Counted from the first letter of the stretch, positions 20,092 to 30,794 are shown. The stretch is 38,257 nt of DNA from Nemertoderma westbladi (GCA_032718475.1 JAUCBJ010008969.1:1-38257), one strand, 5' to 3'. A program made the numbers and translations. The notes: generated by a model not told the origin, from the letters alone.

Positions 20092-23000
20092 TTACGTTAT
20101 GGAGTCCCTAGATATTTGTCGGATTAGGGAAGTGGTCGTAGGAAGAGTATCTTGCCTTCCATAGTTTCCGGACAGTTTTCGGTCTCTTTCCAGTAAACAT
20201 AAACGACTAGCTGGGCGATTGAGTTGTTGTGTTACTTTCTCCGCTCCCTTGGCCTGTCTAATCTTCACCGGGGTAAGATGAGGAGGCCATTCTTCTTCTT
20301 CTTTACTTAAGAAGTCGGATCCACCTAACCAGCCTGGAGTATCTATCAGTTCTTGAGGAGTTGCTCCTCTGGAAGCGATGTCGGCTGGATTAATCGTCCC
20401 AAGGCAATATCTCCATTGATCTACATTGGAGTTAATATCGTCATTATCTGAGGAGTATGGTGTTTCCTCAGTTGGATCGTCCACATCACTGCTCTCCACT
20501 TCCCATTCCTTTACTTGGTATACCTGTTGTTGAGGTAATCTCTCTTTGAGAGTTCTACGGGAAGGGCCAGTGAAGTACCAACCTACTCTAGTTCTTACCG
20601 CATAGGTTTGTAGTGGCTGCGGTTGAGCAGGCCGTTTCTCCAATGTCTCGAGCGCCTCATGCGCATTTTGGCCGATGAGTATTTGCACTCCAGGATAATC
20701 TGTCTGGAATCGAGGTATCTTAAGATGTTGGATGCTCTCATCCTCGTCCCAATTATAAAGGTCTGCTTGGGTAGTAGCGAAGTTCTTTATAGCCACCATT
20801 TTTACCGACCTTATACCTTGTGCTCCTAATTTATCCTGGGGGGTGGACAACACACCTACATAGTAATCTGCCGTTAGGGTAGATTTCCAAACCTGCATAA
20901 TTCCTGACATATTCAATTTAGTCCGGAATTTGGGTTGTCCAGCAAAGATATCTTCGGCTAGTTCTTGATCGATGAATGTTCCTGTGCTGCCGGAGTCAAG
21001 GAGGGCGTTCACTATGTAACTTTTGTTAGGACCGTGAACTCTTACCTGCACTACAGGAAATTCTCTGATTCCTACGTTGGAAGTTGGAGCTTTCCAAGAT
21101 GGTTGTCTGTCAAAGGTAGTTGGGGGGAACTCATTATCGGTGTCCTTTTCATGCGTAAGTGCTCGATACACTGCGGTATTTATTAAGTAACAGGATTCGT
21201 TGGCGTCGGAGAATTCGTCCGTATAGAATCCTTCCATCTCAGATTCTTGATCAGTGTCATTTACATCACTGAATTGGACATGTAGTTCGGGCTCACTTAC
21301 CTGACTCGGGTTGTCTCGTTCGAACTCACTGTGTAACAAGATGTGATGTTTCGCGCCACACTTTGCACACTTTACGTCGGAGTAACAGGTTCGCCGTTGG
21401 TGTCCTGATCTGAGGCAATTATAGCATAACCGCTTATTCCACAGGACTGCACGTCTGTCTACAAGGGATTTCTTTAGAAATTCAGCACACGCACTCAAAC
21501 GGTGGGGCCCGTCGCACAGCGCACATTTTGGTTTGATGTTACTCACTTTACCTTGGGTAACGTTATGCACTCTCGTTCTTTCTTCGGGCTTTCTTCCGTG
21601 AATTCTCTTAGGAGACGTGGGAGGAGTTGTTGTTACCTGTTCTCTCCTATCGTTGGTTCGAGACTTATATTTACTTACGTCTTTGTAGGTCTTGTTGTCA
21701 TAGTAAGATTTTGCTGTGTCTTTCCCACTGTCCTCTTCTTGAGAAGCTTGGCTTTCGCCGTCATCAGTATAACACACGGGTATTATCCTTCTCCTAGAAA
21801 CGGGTTTCTCACTTACCTTATTTTCCGATGTTTTCTCTCTGGACTGCTTTATGAGTTGTAATTTTACTTCACTATCTAAGAAGGACATGAGATCAGCCAT
21901 GGTAGGGCTTCGTCGTTGCTGCTCATTCATATACAACACTTTCTTGTCCCAGCGTGTACATACTCCACCCTTTGGTAAAGTAGAGACTACGGCTCCAATA
22001 ACCATGGAACTCTGATATTCATGAGACTTACCTAACCAGTCCAATTGTCTACAGATCTCCTGAATCTCATCGGAAAACTCTATAATCCCGCTACTAAGGA
22101 AGTTTCGGGGGGCTACTAATTTTGCATACAAATACTTAGCTATGTTATCCTTGTTACCGTACCTGATGTTTAATGTATCCCAAACTTGTCTTAATCCTTC
22201 TGGATGTCCAATAAACTTTAACGCCATTAACTTGGGAGGTCCTTCCAAACACTTGATGAGGAATCTAAGCTTCTCTCCGTTAGATAGTACAGAGTTCTGT
22301 ATACTATCTTTGTAATATTCATTGAAAGGTAACCATTTCATCTCATCTCCATTGAATTTGACGATCTCTCCCACTTTAACCGCTTGGCGGGCTTCTGTTC
22401 TAGCCATCTGACGCGTAAAGCTTTCTTGGGCCATCGTGTTATTTAATATCGAATTATCGGTATATAAATTTCCCGGATTATTATCAGGTCTATAGGGAAT
22501 ATCATTAACAACAGGTTTATAATCACCCTTAATAGGGTTTGCTATAGGAGTTTCTACTTCACTAGCAGTATAGATGCGTGTAGGCTCCACACCTTGCGCA
22601 TGTAATACTTCAGACCTAACAGGTTGACACAATGTTACAGGGGGTATTGGTATACTCTTTTGTATATTGACTAATTTGTCGCGTTCCAGCGCGATACTTT
22701 GCTGCACTTCTTGCAATTCTGCCCTACCTTCCCTTACTGTTCCCTTAAGTTGGTGGACAGTCTCCTGCATCTGTCCGAGCAGGAGGTTCATCCCCCGCCG
22801 TCCCTCTTCTACCCACTCGACCGCCGAAGCGGGAGTCGCCAACATTGTAGCGGGCTGACGCGGGACGACGGGAGACAAATCTTTGATTTCTCTCTCAGCT
22901 TCCAGGACAGGGATATTCTCACGGACTGTTCTACCGGGTACATGCAGTGTAGTACTGTGTAAATGGAATTTAGAGTTTGTTTCAGGGAGTACAGGTGTCT

Positions 23001-24894
23001 CTAGCACCGAAGGGGTGGCTTCGAGAAAAGGCCTAATTATTTCAGGCTCATCTGTTATAGTAGGGAGTCTGTTGACGGTAATAATTCGGTCTGTAGGTTC
23101 TGTACTACCTACTGTTGTGCTAGCTAATTGTCTTCTAACGGCTGGGGGCAAATCAGGCAATTTATGACGGTGAGATGTTCTTCTACGTCTACTGAGACGA
23201 GATTGATTTCCTCCACCTTCAGGATCGGTGGTATCCCCTTCCTCCGATGATGTATAGCCTTGGCGTTTGGAAGTAGATCGACTCATCATCTGCATTCGAC
23301 TGTCTGTTAACTGCCTACCGATGCTGTCTTGCGTCTCCTGCAGATTTTCTAACTCCAGCTGGGCGGTCTCCTCAGACGCTCTCCGTTCTGCTTCTGCCAC
23401 TGCCTCCGCCGCCCTTCTTTCCGCCTTTCTGTCTGCTTCGGCTGCTGCTTCTGCCGCCTTTCTGTCTGCTTCTGCTTTTGCCTCTGCCGCTTTTATTTCC
23501 GCTTCGGCCGCTGCTTCTGCCGCCTTTCTGTCTGCTTCTGCTTTTACCTCCGCCGCTTTTATTTCCGCTTCGGCCGCTGCTTCTGCCGCCTTTCTGTCTG
23601 CTTCTGCTTTTGCCTCCGCCGCTTTTATTTCCGCTTCAGCCGCTGCTTCTGCCGCCTTTCTTTCCGCCTTTCTGTCTGCTTCTGCTGTTGCCATTGCCGC
23701 TGCTATTGCTGCTGCCTTTTTGTCTTCAATCCGCCTTTTCTTTACTTGTCCTTCTTGAGCTCTAGCTATGCTGAGACGTTCATCAAATTTAGCTTGGTCC
23801 GCAGCTATCATCTCAGTATCGATTGCGTCCAACACAAGCTTGGTTCCTTCACTATTAGGGGAAAGTCCAGACAGCCGTCTCCTCAACTCTTCGTCTCCTA
23901 GGAATCGCTGATAGTCGGACAGATAAATGTCGATACCGTCTCTAGTTCGCGGTCTCTCTGCTGTCACTTCGCTTTCCGCTTGAGAAAGGGTGGCATCGGT
24001 TGGTTCTTCATAGGTTGGTCTCTCAGCCAGCTGGGATTTCCACTGGGCAGTTTCTTGTACTTTGAGACTTACCCGCTGGAACCAAGTCTTGACAGCAACC
24101 TGCAGCGACGTGTCCTGTCTTCTTTTGGAAGTTTCCTCAAAGGCTGATAGGATTAGTCTAATACGTAGGGTTCTTTCGCGTACTTGATAAAGCAGCTCTT
24201 CCTGCTCTTGAGGTCCTTGGGGTTGTCGAAACAATTGTTCTTCCAATCGCTCTAAGGAGCCGAAGAATCCCTGCACATATCCTGCTGCCGACCTCTTCCA
24301 AACAGCTGGATCCATCGTATCTTTAGTCACTCCCATCCTGTGTATATCTTCCCAAGTAGCTTCGGACAAATCTAACGGGAGTCCGGGTCCGGGAAAGTTC
24401 CATTGTGACTCGACAATAGACACCAATTCTTCCCTGGCGTATCCCGCATAATCATCTTGGGTCGCTCTCTTACTTCTCGCCCAATCGGCTTGATGTTCCT
24501 CCACCGCAATCAATATAGTAGTTAGTACTGCGGCAGGAAGGGTGAGAAGGGGATCCGAGTAGGCTGTAGCCGTCATCTGCACTCCGCGTTCGGGGGTCAG
24601 CTCTACAGCATCCGAACTACTGGAGCTATCGGATCGCTGGGAACAAGTTTCTTGACTAGGATGTTGCTGCTGTTGGACAGCTGCTTCCTGGTTCCGTTTG
24701 ACTTGGGCCCGAGTGCCGATGATAGACCTACGGTGTTGGATTAGCTTAGGGTCTGATACTACTACTGGAGGGATGACCTTTCTTTCAGTATGAGGTGAGC
24801 TGAACTCCTTTCTTAATCGCTCCACACTCCTATCTGTGTCACAGATGGTTGTATCGATTAGACTGTCTGATAGGTTTTGCTGGGTGTCAGACAT
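20092..24894 (-). CDS. gag: BEL/Pao Gag-protease polyprotein with in-frame loss of RT and integrase (1600 aa)
   Basis: FNGDEMKWLPF..EKLRFL..LNIRYGN; CALCDGPHRLSAC, CYNCLRSGHQRRTC, CAKCGAKHHILLH; protease ALLDSGSTGTFI; TRVGW..GP; then QWRY..NPADIASRG..WL.G..FL..WP and RPASRLCLLE remnants. Confidence 0.92.
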   Translation of the reverse strand: MSDTQQNLSDSLIDTTICDTDRSVERLRKEFSSPHTERKVIPPVVVSDPKLIQHRRSIIGTRAQVKRNQEAAVQQQQHPSQETCSQRSDSSSSSDAVELTPERGVQMTATAYSDPLLTLPAAVLTTILIAVEEHQADWARSKRATQDDYAGYAREELVSIVESQWNFPGPGLPLDLSEATWEDIHRMGVTKDTMDPAVWKRSAAGYVQGFFGSLERLEEQLFRQPQGPQEQEELLYQVRERTLRIRLILSAFEETSKRRQDTSLQVAVKTWFQRVSLKVQETAQWKSQLAERPTYEEPTDATLSQAESEVTAERPRTRDGIDIYLSDYQRFLGDEELRRRLSGLSPNSEGTKLVLDAIDTEMIAADQAKFDERLSIARAQEGQVKKRRIEDKKAAAIAAAMATAEADRKAERKAAEAAAEAEIKAAEAKAEADRKAAEAAAEAEIKAAEVKAEADRKAAEAAAEAEIKAAEAKAEADRKAAEAAAEADRKAERRAAEAVAEAERRASEETAQLELENLQETQDSIGRQLTDSRMQMMSRSTSKRQGYTSSEEGDTTDPEGGGNQSRLSRRRRTSHRHKLPDLPPAVRRQLASTTVGSTEPTDRIITVNRLPTITDEPEIIRPFLEATPSVLETPVLPETNSKFHLHSTTLHVPGRTVRENIPVLEAEREIKDLSPVVPRQPATMLATPASAVEWVEEGRRGMNLLLGQMQETVHQLKGTVREGRAELQEVQQSIALERDKLVNIQKSIPIPPVTLCQPVRSEVLHAQGVEPTRIYTASEVETPIANPIKGDYKPVVNDIPYRPDNNPGNLYTDNSILNNTMAQESFTRQMARTEARQAVKVGEIVKFNGDEMKWLPFNEYYKDSIQNSVLSNGEKLRFLIKCLEGPPKLMALKFIGHPEGLRQVWDTLNIRYGNKDNIAKYLYAKLVAPRNFLSSGIIEFSDEIQEICRQLDWLGKSHEYQSSMVIGAVVSTLPKGGVCTRWDKKVLYMNEQQRRSPTMADLMSFLDSEVKLQLIKQSREKTSENKVSEKPVSRRRIIPVCYTDDGESQASQEEDSGKDTAKSYYDNKTYKDVSKYKSRTNDRREQVTTTPPTSPKRIHGRKPEERTRVHNVTQGKVSNIKPKCALCDGPHRLSACAEFLKKSLVDRRAVLWNKRLCYNCLRSGHQRRTCYSDVKCAKCGAKHHILLHSEFERDNPSQVSEPELHVQFSDVNDTDQESEMEGFYTDEFSDANESCYLINTAVYRALTHEKDTDNEFPPTTFDRQPSWKAPTSNVGIREFPVVQVRVHGPNKSYIVNALLDSGSTGTFIDQELAEDIFAGQPKFRTKLNMSGIMQVWKSTLTADYYVGVLSTPQDKLGAQGIRSVKMVAIKNFATTQADLYNWDEDESIQHLKIPRFQTDYPGVQILIGQNAHEALETLEKRPAQPQPLQTYAVRTRVGWYFTGPSRRTLKERLPQQQVYQVKEWEVESSDVDDPTEETPYSSDNDDINSNVDQWRYCLGTINPADIASRGATPQELIDTPGWLGGSDFLSKEEEEWPPHLTPVKIRQAKGAEKVTQQLNRPASRLCLLERDRKLSGNYGRQDTLPTTTSLIRQISRDSIT
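23395..23700 (-). repeat. 66-bp coding repeat (KAAEAAAEAEIKAAEAKAEADR)n
   Basis: 66-bp period visible at 23461/23527/23593. Confidence 0.9.
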
Positions 24895-24974
24895 GTTTAG
24901 CTATACAGTTGAATGCTTACTGCTATAGTTACAGTTAAAGCAAGTCTAGTAATTCAGTATGACCGTTGGCCTAG

Positions 24975-25250
24975 TACCGGTAATTTATTACAGTATATTA
25001 GAATACCGGTATACACTTATAGTATATATAAGTATTGTAAACTAGGTTTGTCACAGAGTACCGGTATATAATTTTAGCACAAATATATATAAATATATAA
25101 TAGGCCTATCGTGAATACCGGTATGCAGCTTACACTTATAGTATATATAAGTATAATTATGAACTAGAATTAATTACAGAATACCGGTATGATTTCAGCA
25201 CAAATTTATAGAAATAAATATAATAAGCCTATGGTAAATCCCGGTATGTC
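24975..25250. repeat. Imperfect tandem repeats (~55-65 bp subunits, each with TACCGGTA) in the element 2 leader
   Basis: TACACTTATAGTATATATAAGTAT and AGCACAAAT..ATAATA.GCCTAT each occur twice. Confidence 0.75.
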
Positions 25251-26239
25251 AATTATTTTAGAATAATTGAATTTCTGAATATTTTAGGGTTACTTGGTTA
25301 CTTTAACTTACTTTATTACCTTTATTTAAGCAGTAGTCCAACTGATATTGAGACCTAGTTGTTGTATGGCAGGCCTACTATTTATAAATCGTTTGAGTTG
25401 ATTTATAATAGATATATACCCGTTTAAAATGGTTTTTGTCAATATTGGAAATAAATGTTATTATTTCTGGGGGAAGTCACTACACGGAAGCTGTGCGCTC
25501 TCAGTGGAGTGCTACTTATGGGACACTAAAACAGATTATTCTAATTTACCTAAGTTACTTAATACTACAAATTACTTACGATACGGGTGAGATTAAATCT
25601 CTAATTAAACACAACAAAATATTACGTACGAAATTTTTAGGGTAATTTTACAGGAAGTCTACAAACCAGTCTAACAAAGGGTTAGAATTCTGTTTATTAC
25701 AACGGACAGGGTACTACGGTATTTGAAAATAATAAGTAGTAGTAAATATATTGCACTGTCCAGATAGGAAAATACCACCGCCTGACGACCTATAGCCGTA
25801 TCGCTATAGGTACTACGTTATGTATCACGGAGTGTTCCTACCTGGAAGTTAATTACCACGGACTACCAGATCCAACGTGCCTATTAACCACTTTACAACA
25901 CAAATATACTGCCTACACACTAATTACTTTCGGAAAGCACTGTACACTAAACCCTAAATTAGGTACAAGTACTGGTACAACAAATAATCAGTAGTTAAAT
26001 ATACTTGAACAGTTAAAAGAACCACAGCATCTGCTGGAGTGACCGAAGCACAAAGTCACCAGTCTTTTCCTACGCCAATCAGCCCGTGTAGTACCGGGGT
26101 TAATTTAACTATAACGGTAGTGTAACAAGCACAATTACTGTAGGAATAAACTTCGGGACATGAATGTTGCGAATAATCGCATAAACTCTGAATAAAAAAT
26201 ATTACGCTACCCGTACAGAATACTCAAACAGAATACAAA

Positions 26240-26768
26240 CCAAACGCTGGCAGACTACCACCAAGCCTAAGTAAACTACAGTATGTGTAGATTCCAAAAT
26301 GGTTAGTTAGTATGCGTTCTAACACGGTAGTACGACTTATTCTTTAAGAGGGGATTGACCTTACAGCTATGGCTGCCCCAACTTACTAACTGGCACTTTA
26401 TCAGACAAACTCTACACACGCAGCAATCTCTTCAGACCTAATAATAGCTAGACAACAATCCAGCCTACAAAATATCTGAGTAATAACTATTACGGTACCT
26501 GAACAGACCACACAAACAAACACAGGCCAAAACGTTGGCAGAATACTGTCAAGCCTAAATAAACTACAGTATGTGCAGATTCCAAAATGGTTAGTTAGTA
26601 TGCGTTCTAACACGGTAGTACGACTTATTCTTTAAGAGGGGATTGACCTTACAGCTATGGCTGCCCCAACTTACTAACTGGCACTCTATCGGACAAACTC
26701 TACACATGCCGTAATCTCTCCAAACCCAACAACAATCTAACAACAGTCCGGCCTACAATTATCTGAAC
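26240..26768. repeat. ~288-bp-period tandem duplication in the element 2 leader
   Basis: Near-identical core (ATTCCAAAATGG...CTGGCACT) at offset 288. Confidence 0.9.
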
Positions 26769-26938
26769 AATCTGAGCAGACTTACACGTCTTCAGCTCAA
26801 TATTAACTTACATGTAAATAAAACCGACAGAAATAAGTAAAATCTCAATAAAAAACCAGGGCTGCAGTCCCTGATTAAATACTAAGACCTACCGGTATAC
26901 AATAATCAAAATTGAATAATACTAATGTACTTATACTG

Positions 26939-27027
26939 GAAGTACCGGTTAGGACAGTTGGGCCTACGGACCTACAGAAGTACCGGTTCTGGCAGTTGGG
27001 CCTACTGACCTACAGAAGTACCGGTTC
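26939..27027. repeat. ~37-bp tandem repeat, ~2.4 copies
   Basis: GAAGTACCGGTT..CAGTTGGGCCTAC.GACCTACA. Confidence 0.8.
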
Positions 27028-27081
27028 AGGTTTACCGGTCGACCAGTACTTTCAACTTTATTGCTTACTGCAATAAAGACA

Positions 27082-27092
27082 ATAACTGTTAT
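27082..27092 (-). promoter_or_regulatory. PBS-position sequence ATAACAGTTAT (non-tRNA; complementary to LTR site 27858-27848)
   Basis: Abuts the 5' LTR on the - strand, no TGG; the complement ATAACTGTTAT lies in both LTRs. Confidence 0.65.
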
Positions 27093-28362
27093 TGTACGCG
27101 CTTTTGTAGACCTTTAGCAGTTTAACCTGCCAAAATTTATATGTCTTTTGGTTTATAAATAGACTTTAGAAGTTGACAAATATTTAATACCAATAAACAC
27201 AACATTAGCAGAAGCCAGCCTAGTGCGCGTCCATTCACCCGCTGGATATACCCGGGAGACTGGATTCTGAGGGCTTAGATTATTATTGCAGTGTAAGCTT
27301 ACTGTATTATTCGATTGATCGTTAATAAATAATTTCTGACTAATATTATTCACTTTCGGGAAATATTAACAGTTCCTTTAGGACGTGGCGCTCTATCTAG
27401 GTAAACAGAGATATGACTTGTACTAAACACAACGGTAAGTCGGTAAGGCTTATGATTCACGTATGAGGCGCATTCTTTAGGAAATGCTTAGTTATCAGTC
27501 ACAATCAGGCACACTACCGGGAACACACAATACTGCTCACTAATTTGCCGACCGTCAATGAATTTTATCATATATAAAGAGAACAGCAACTGACTCATGT
27601 AGTGCTTATCAAATAGCATTAAATTCACTATAAACCACAATAATATAAGTCGCAATCGCTATATATAACCCATCTCTCTAACCTGTAGTGTATCAAGAAA
27701 ATTGGGAAATTTGGGTTCTTTATAAATGTTCTCCAAATAATATTCAACCAACTGATACAAAATATGACAACAGTAAAAAGCATTAAGACGGTAGGTTAAG
27801 ATATGATATGTTATGAATTGAACTGATATGGACCGTGATATGCACTGATAACAGTTATACGCTCTATAATCTTAAGCCTACTAATGTTTCTTCTAAAAGT
27901 CTGAAACGAATTGACTCTAGAGCCGGTGCTCCTGGCCTAGATAGAAACAACACAACAGTATCAAGAAAAAACAGTAAGACTGAACACTCCTAGCATGATC
28001 TGCCAAAATATCTCCACATCGACAGAAAAAATCGCTCTGATTGGCTGTTAAGCTAAACAAAGAACCATGTGTCCAATGGCCGTTTCCATGTCAGCAACCA
28101 GCTGTTAGATGTCGTAATCTGAATCATCAAGGCTAAGCTGTGCCAGGGTATTTGGTGCATTGCGGGTTTTTTGCCTTACCATGTCCGCCAAAGCACACAT
28201 ATAGAAGAATGACATTTATGTCCGTTAAAACACCTATAACAGTACCTTGCGGGTGAGGGGGATATATATATAGTTAGAGAGCTTTTTAGAGTATTCCAGC
28301 GCCTGGGGGGAAACTGGATTGCAAAGCAAAAGGGCCAGTTATATCCCACAGAAGCTTTTACA
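27093..28362 (-). repeat. 5' LTR of element 2 (1270 bp)
   Basis: Repeat of 12467-13722; followed by the TSD. Confidence 0.95.
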
Positions 28363-28480
28363 ATATTCCGACAATAATGTTTGTTTACCTCCTAGCAAAA
28401 AATAGTGTGTGTGTGTGCATAGCTCTTGGTAGGATGATACTACAGATGCATCGCTATTGTTTAATTTCAATTCAATTTTA

Positions 28481-28766
28481 ATGTAGCTACAGTAGCTCTT
28501 ATAAAGGTCTAGATTACTGCATGTAGCTACAGTAGCTCTTATAAAGGTCTAGATTACTTCATGTAGCTACAGTAGCTCTTATAAAGGTCCAGATTACTGC
28601 ATGTAGCTACAGTAGTTCTTATAAAGGTCTAGATTACTGTATGTAGTTACAGTAGCTCTTATAAAGGTCTAGATTACTGCATGTAGCTACAGTAGCTCTT
28701 ATAAAGGTCTAGATTACTGCATGTAGTTACAGTAGCTCTTATAAAGGTCTAGATTACTGCATGTAG

Positions 28767-28770
<4 letters not shown>
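28481..28770. repeat. 40-bp minisatellite, left part (~7 copies)
   Basis: ATGTAGCTACAGTAGCTCTTATAAAGGTCTAGATTACTGC. Confidence 0.97.
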
Positions 28771-28802
<32 letters not shown>

Positions 28803-30194
28803 GGATCGGCATGCTGCATTGCAGCTGCATTTTTAGGAATGCTGTGCCGGCTTGTCAACAAAATTGCACCGCCACAACTCCCTATCACCCATGACATTTG
28901 CTAGATCATCCGCATCTTTAAGGCCTGTGTCCTTTAAGATGCGTCTCAAGAAAGTCATGGGCTGTCCACCATGCTTATTCACTCCATGAGGCTGCCAAAG
29001 TACAAGATTATGCACTGGCTGGTCCTCACGGCGAAAGCAATGTCCTGCAAAGCGGAGGCGATTTTGTTCTAGTGTCAAGCTTGGGGGAACCAATGAGACA
29101 CCTCCAATGTTATATAGTGTCTGGTTGGAGATGTGTGCATTGTACTTGACACAATGAACCCGGCGTAGCATTCTTGTGAACGTGCCATCCAGAGATTTGG
29201 TGTCCTCAGCAGTTAGAGCCCAGCATGGACTCCCGTAGAGGAGTACTGGAACTACTGCTGCTCTAAATAATCGGACCTTAAGTTTCCGATTAATTCTCGG
29301 TGACTTCCAAATCCTGGAAAGCCTATTCAAGGCTGCCCATGCCTTTCCCTTACGTATTCGAAGGTCCTCACCTGACTTCCGGATCCATGATCCCAGGTAA
29401 CAGAAGTCGTCCACATGCTCAAGCATACCATCCTTTGAGCTTATGCTCATCCGATCAGAGACTTGCTGAGGACTTTCAAAGTTAACTGTCATAATTTTGG
29501 TCTTTCTGGAGTTAATAAAAGGACCAACACTAGAAGCAGCATGTTCTAATGAGCTGAGGAGCCGTTGGGCTCCCTCTAATGATTCTGAGAGTACTCCTAA
29601 GTCATCAGCAAAGTCTAGATCAGTTAGGTACTTGGCAGGATTTCCTCGACTTCTGGAGCCAGTAGGTGGAGTTATCATTACCCCATCATCATTATGATGA
29701 TCTAAGGACATGCGTAGAACATAGTCAACCACAATAATGAACAAGAATGGTGCAAGTGTGTCTCCTTGGAGGACGCCCCATAACACTTCAAATGGTTCTG
29801 TGTCACCGTCAACAGTAGACACAAATGTTGTCGAACCATCGTATACTGATCTGATTGCTGCAATAATTTCATCAGGAATCCCATATAATGAAAGTATGCT
29901 GAACATACGTGAGCGAGAGACTGAATCAAAGGCCTTGAAGAAGTCAACAAAGATAACAGCCAGATGCCTGTCTTTCTTTTTTGATAGTTCTTCAATTATC
30001 CTTCTAAGTGCCAAAATGGGCTCCATGGTCCCACGACCTTTACGGAACCCATTCTGATTTCCACGGAGCAGTCTCTCAATGGGATCCCTGATGCGATTTA
30101 ATAGAATCCTATTGTATAGCTTTGCAGCAATCGACATCAATGAGATTCCCCGAAAAGAACCATAGAGTGTTAGGTTGCCCTTCTTGGGAACTGG
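28771..30194 (-). mobile_element. 5'-truncated RTE-clade LINE with (TAG)n tail, inserted in the 40-bp satellite
   Basis: (CTA)n on + at 28767-28802; RT ORF; the satellite resumes at 30194. Confidence 0.92.
28833..30140 (-). CDS. RTE reverse transcriptase (N-terminally truncated; frame open to ~30194)
   Basis: PVPKKG..RGISLMSIAAKLYN, QNGFR, DFFKAFDSV, GVLQGDTLAP, DFADD, YLGS, RLRFAGH. Confidence 0.92.
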   Translation of the reverse strand: MMSIAAKLYNRILLNRIRDPIERLLRGNQNGFRKGRGTMEPILALRRIIEELSKKKDRHLAVIFVDFFKAFDSVSRSRMFSILSLYGIPDEIIAAIRSVYDGSTTFVSTVDGDTEPFEVLWGVLQGDTLAPFLFIIVVDYVLRMSLDHHNDDGVMITPPTGSRSRGNPAKYLTDLDFADDLGVLSESLEGAQRLLSSLEHAASSVGPFINSRKTKIMTVNFESPQQVSDRMSISSKDGMLEHVDDFCYLGSWIRKSGEDLRIRKGKAWAALNRLSRIWKSPRINRKLKVRLFRAAVVPVLLYGSPCWALTAEDTKSLDGTFTRMLRRVHCVKYNAHISNQTLYNIGGVSLVPPSLTLEQNRLRFAGHCFRREDQPVHNLVLWQPHGVNKHGGQPMTFLRRILKDTGLKDADDLANVMGDRELWRCNFVDKPAQHS

Positions 30195-30794
30195 TAGTTA
30201 CAGTAGCTCTTATAAAGGCCTAGATTACTGCATGTAGTTACAGTAGCTCTTATAAAGGTCTAGATTACTGCATGTAGCTACAGTAGCTCTTATAAAGGTC
30301 TAGATTACTGCATGTAGCTACAGTAGCTCTTATAAAGGTCTAGATTACTGCATGTAGCTACAGTAGCTCTTATAAAGGTCTAGATTACTGCATGTAGCTA
30401 CAGTAGCTCTTATAAAGGTGTAGATTACTGCATGTAGCTACAGTAGCTCTTATAAAGGTCTAGATTACTTCATGTAGCTACAGTAGCTCTTATAAAGGTG
30501 TAGATTACTGCATGTAGCTACAGTAGCTCTTATAAAGGTCTAGATTACTGCATGTAGCTACAGTAGCTCTTATAAAGGTCTAGATTACTGCATGTAGCTA
30601 CAGTAGCTCTTATAAAGGTCTAGATTACTGTATGTAGCTACAGTGGCTCTTATAAAGGTCTAGATTACTGTATGTAGCTACAGTGGCTCTTATAAAGGTG
30701 TAGATTACTACATGTAGCTACAGTAGCTCTTATAAAGGTGTGGATTACTGCATGTAGCTACAGTAGCTCTTATAAAGGTCTAGATTAATGCATG
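30194..30794. repeat. 40-bp minisatellite, right part (~15 copies)
   Basis: Same unit as 28481-28770. Confidence 0.97.

Larger units (their letters stand above)
12467..28362 (-). mobile_element. Complete BEL/Pao LTR retrotransposon 'element 2', non-autonomous, with nested LINE
   Basis: LTRs 12467-13722 and 27093-28362 with TGTA...TACA ends; 5-bp TSD ATATT at 12462-12466 and 28363-28367; gag-protease ORF; PPT. Confidence 0.96.

Noticed and set aside
26106-26118. TAACTATAACGGT, partial match to the I-CeuI site in large-subunit rDNA
   Set aside because: Only half of the site and no rRNA context
28481-30794. CRISPR-like regular repeats (30 and 40 bp)
   Set aside because: Head-to-tail units with no unique spacers, no cas genes, eukaryotic context
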